Shown here in pieces: positions 63,481-64,000 of a stretch of DNA of 64,000 nucleotides (the first letter of the stretch is position 1; the number at the start of each line of letters is the position of its first letter). Both the position numbers and the translations under genes were made by a program. This stretch comes from the human T2T-CHM13v2.0 reference genome, Homo sapiens, in the NCBI RefSeq assembly GCF_009914755.1, contig NC_060943.1; one strand, 5' to 3'. A model generated the notes under the pieces. The model was not told the DNA's origin. It made no database searches and saw only the letters and a program-made list of their open reading frames with translations.

Positions 63481-64000
63481 TCAGGTGATACTTGAGCAGG
63501 AGGGGCCTGGGACGCTGGAGTCCCAGTCTGGCCGTGGGAGTTATTTTCTCTGTGGCGTTGGTGGTGGCGAGGTAGACGTTTGGGTTTCCAATTCGACTTG
63601 CCTCCATGTTGACAGAGACCCAGCCATTCTGACCTCCAAGTCTATCACTTCTGTGCCTTAGTTCCCCAAGCCCCAGACAAGTGATTGCCCTTCCCCGCCT
63701 CCGCTCCTATCCCTTACCCTATAACTCTGCTACTTTTAGCCCCAAGCAGCCGGACGTCGTAACTCCCGGTTCTGTCTGTACCCCTTCCCCCACCACTTGT
63801 GCCCTCCGTTCCCTCTCATCCCAGTGTTTAGGCCCTCCCATCCCTTATTCTCCGTGCTTTGCTTTTCTGGGCTGCAGACCCTCCAGTCCTGTTGCCTTCA
63901 GGATCCTGTGCACCTGGCCTGTTAGCTTTTAAAACTCCTGGCATCCTGGTGCGGGACAGTCTGGTTTTGACCCTCTGAGCAGCCCCACATCCTGACTGCT

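Overview
Human (primate) euchromatic, very Alu-dense region matching 19q13.2. It contains the 3' half of PLEKHG2 (+), the complete RPS16 (-), the complete SUPT5H (+; 29 coding exons that sum to 1087 codons plus stop) and the first exon of TIMM50 (+). The main unexplained signal lies in the apparent intergenic gap between RPS16 and SUPT5H (about 21.9-23.8 kb). It is a three-exon relic of an IL-2/IL-15 family cytokine gene: signal peptide, LYTP motif, C-x6-C-x2-LEL and CxxCE motifs. I identify it as the interleukin-15-like (IL15L) unitary pseudogene, with its lesions readable in the sequence. Other notable items: a sense HERV-K(HML-2) solo LTR with a weakened poly(A) signal about 100 bp before the upstream ATG of the long TIMM50 isoform; a (CCA)13 STR inside the acceptor region of a 12-nt SUPT5H microexon; a (GT)20 just past the SUPT5H poly(A) signal; a STAT/kB motif cluster upstream of the IL15L relic; and several closely spaced inverted Alu pairs. 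Exon coordinates were read by hand. Repeat boundaries and subfamily calls are approximate and come from recalled consensus sequences.
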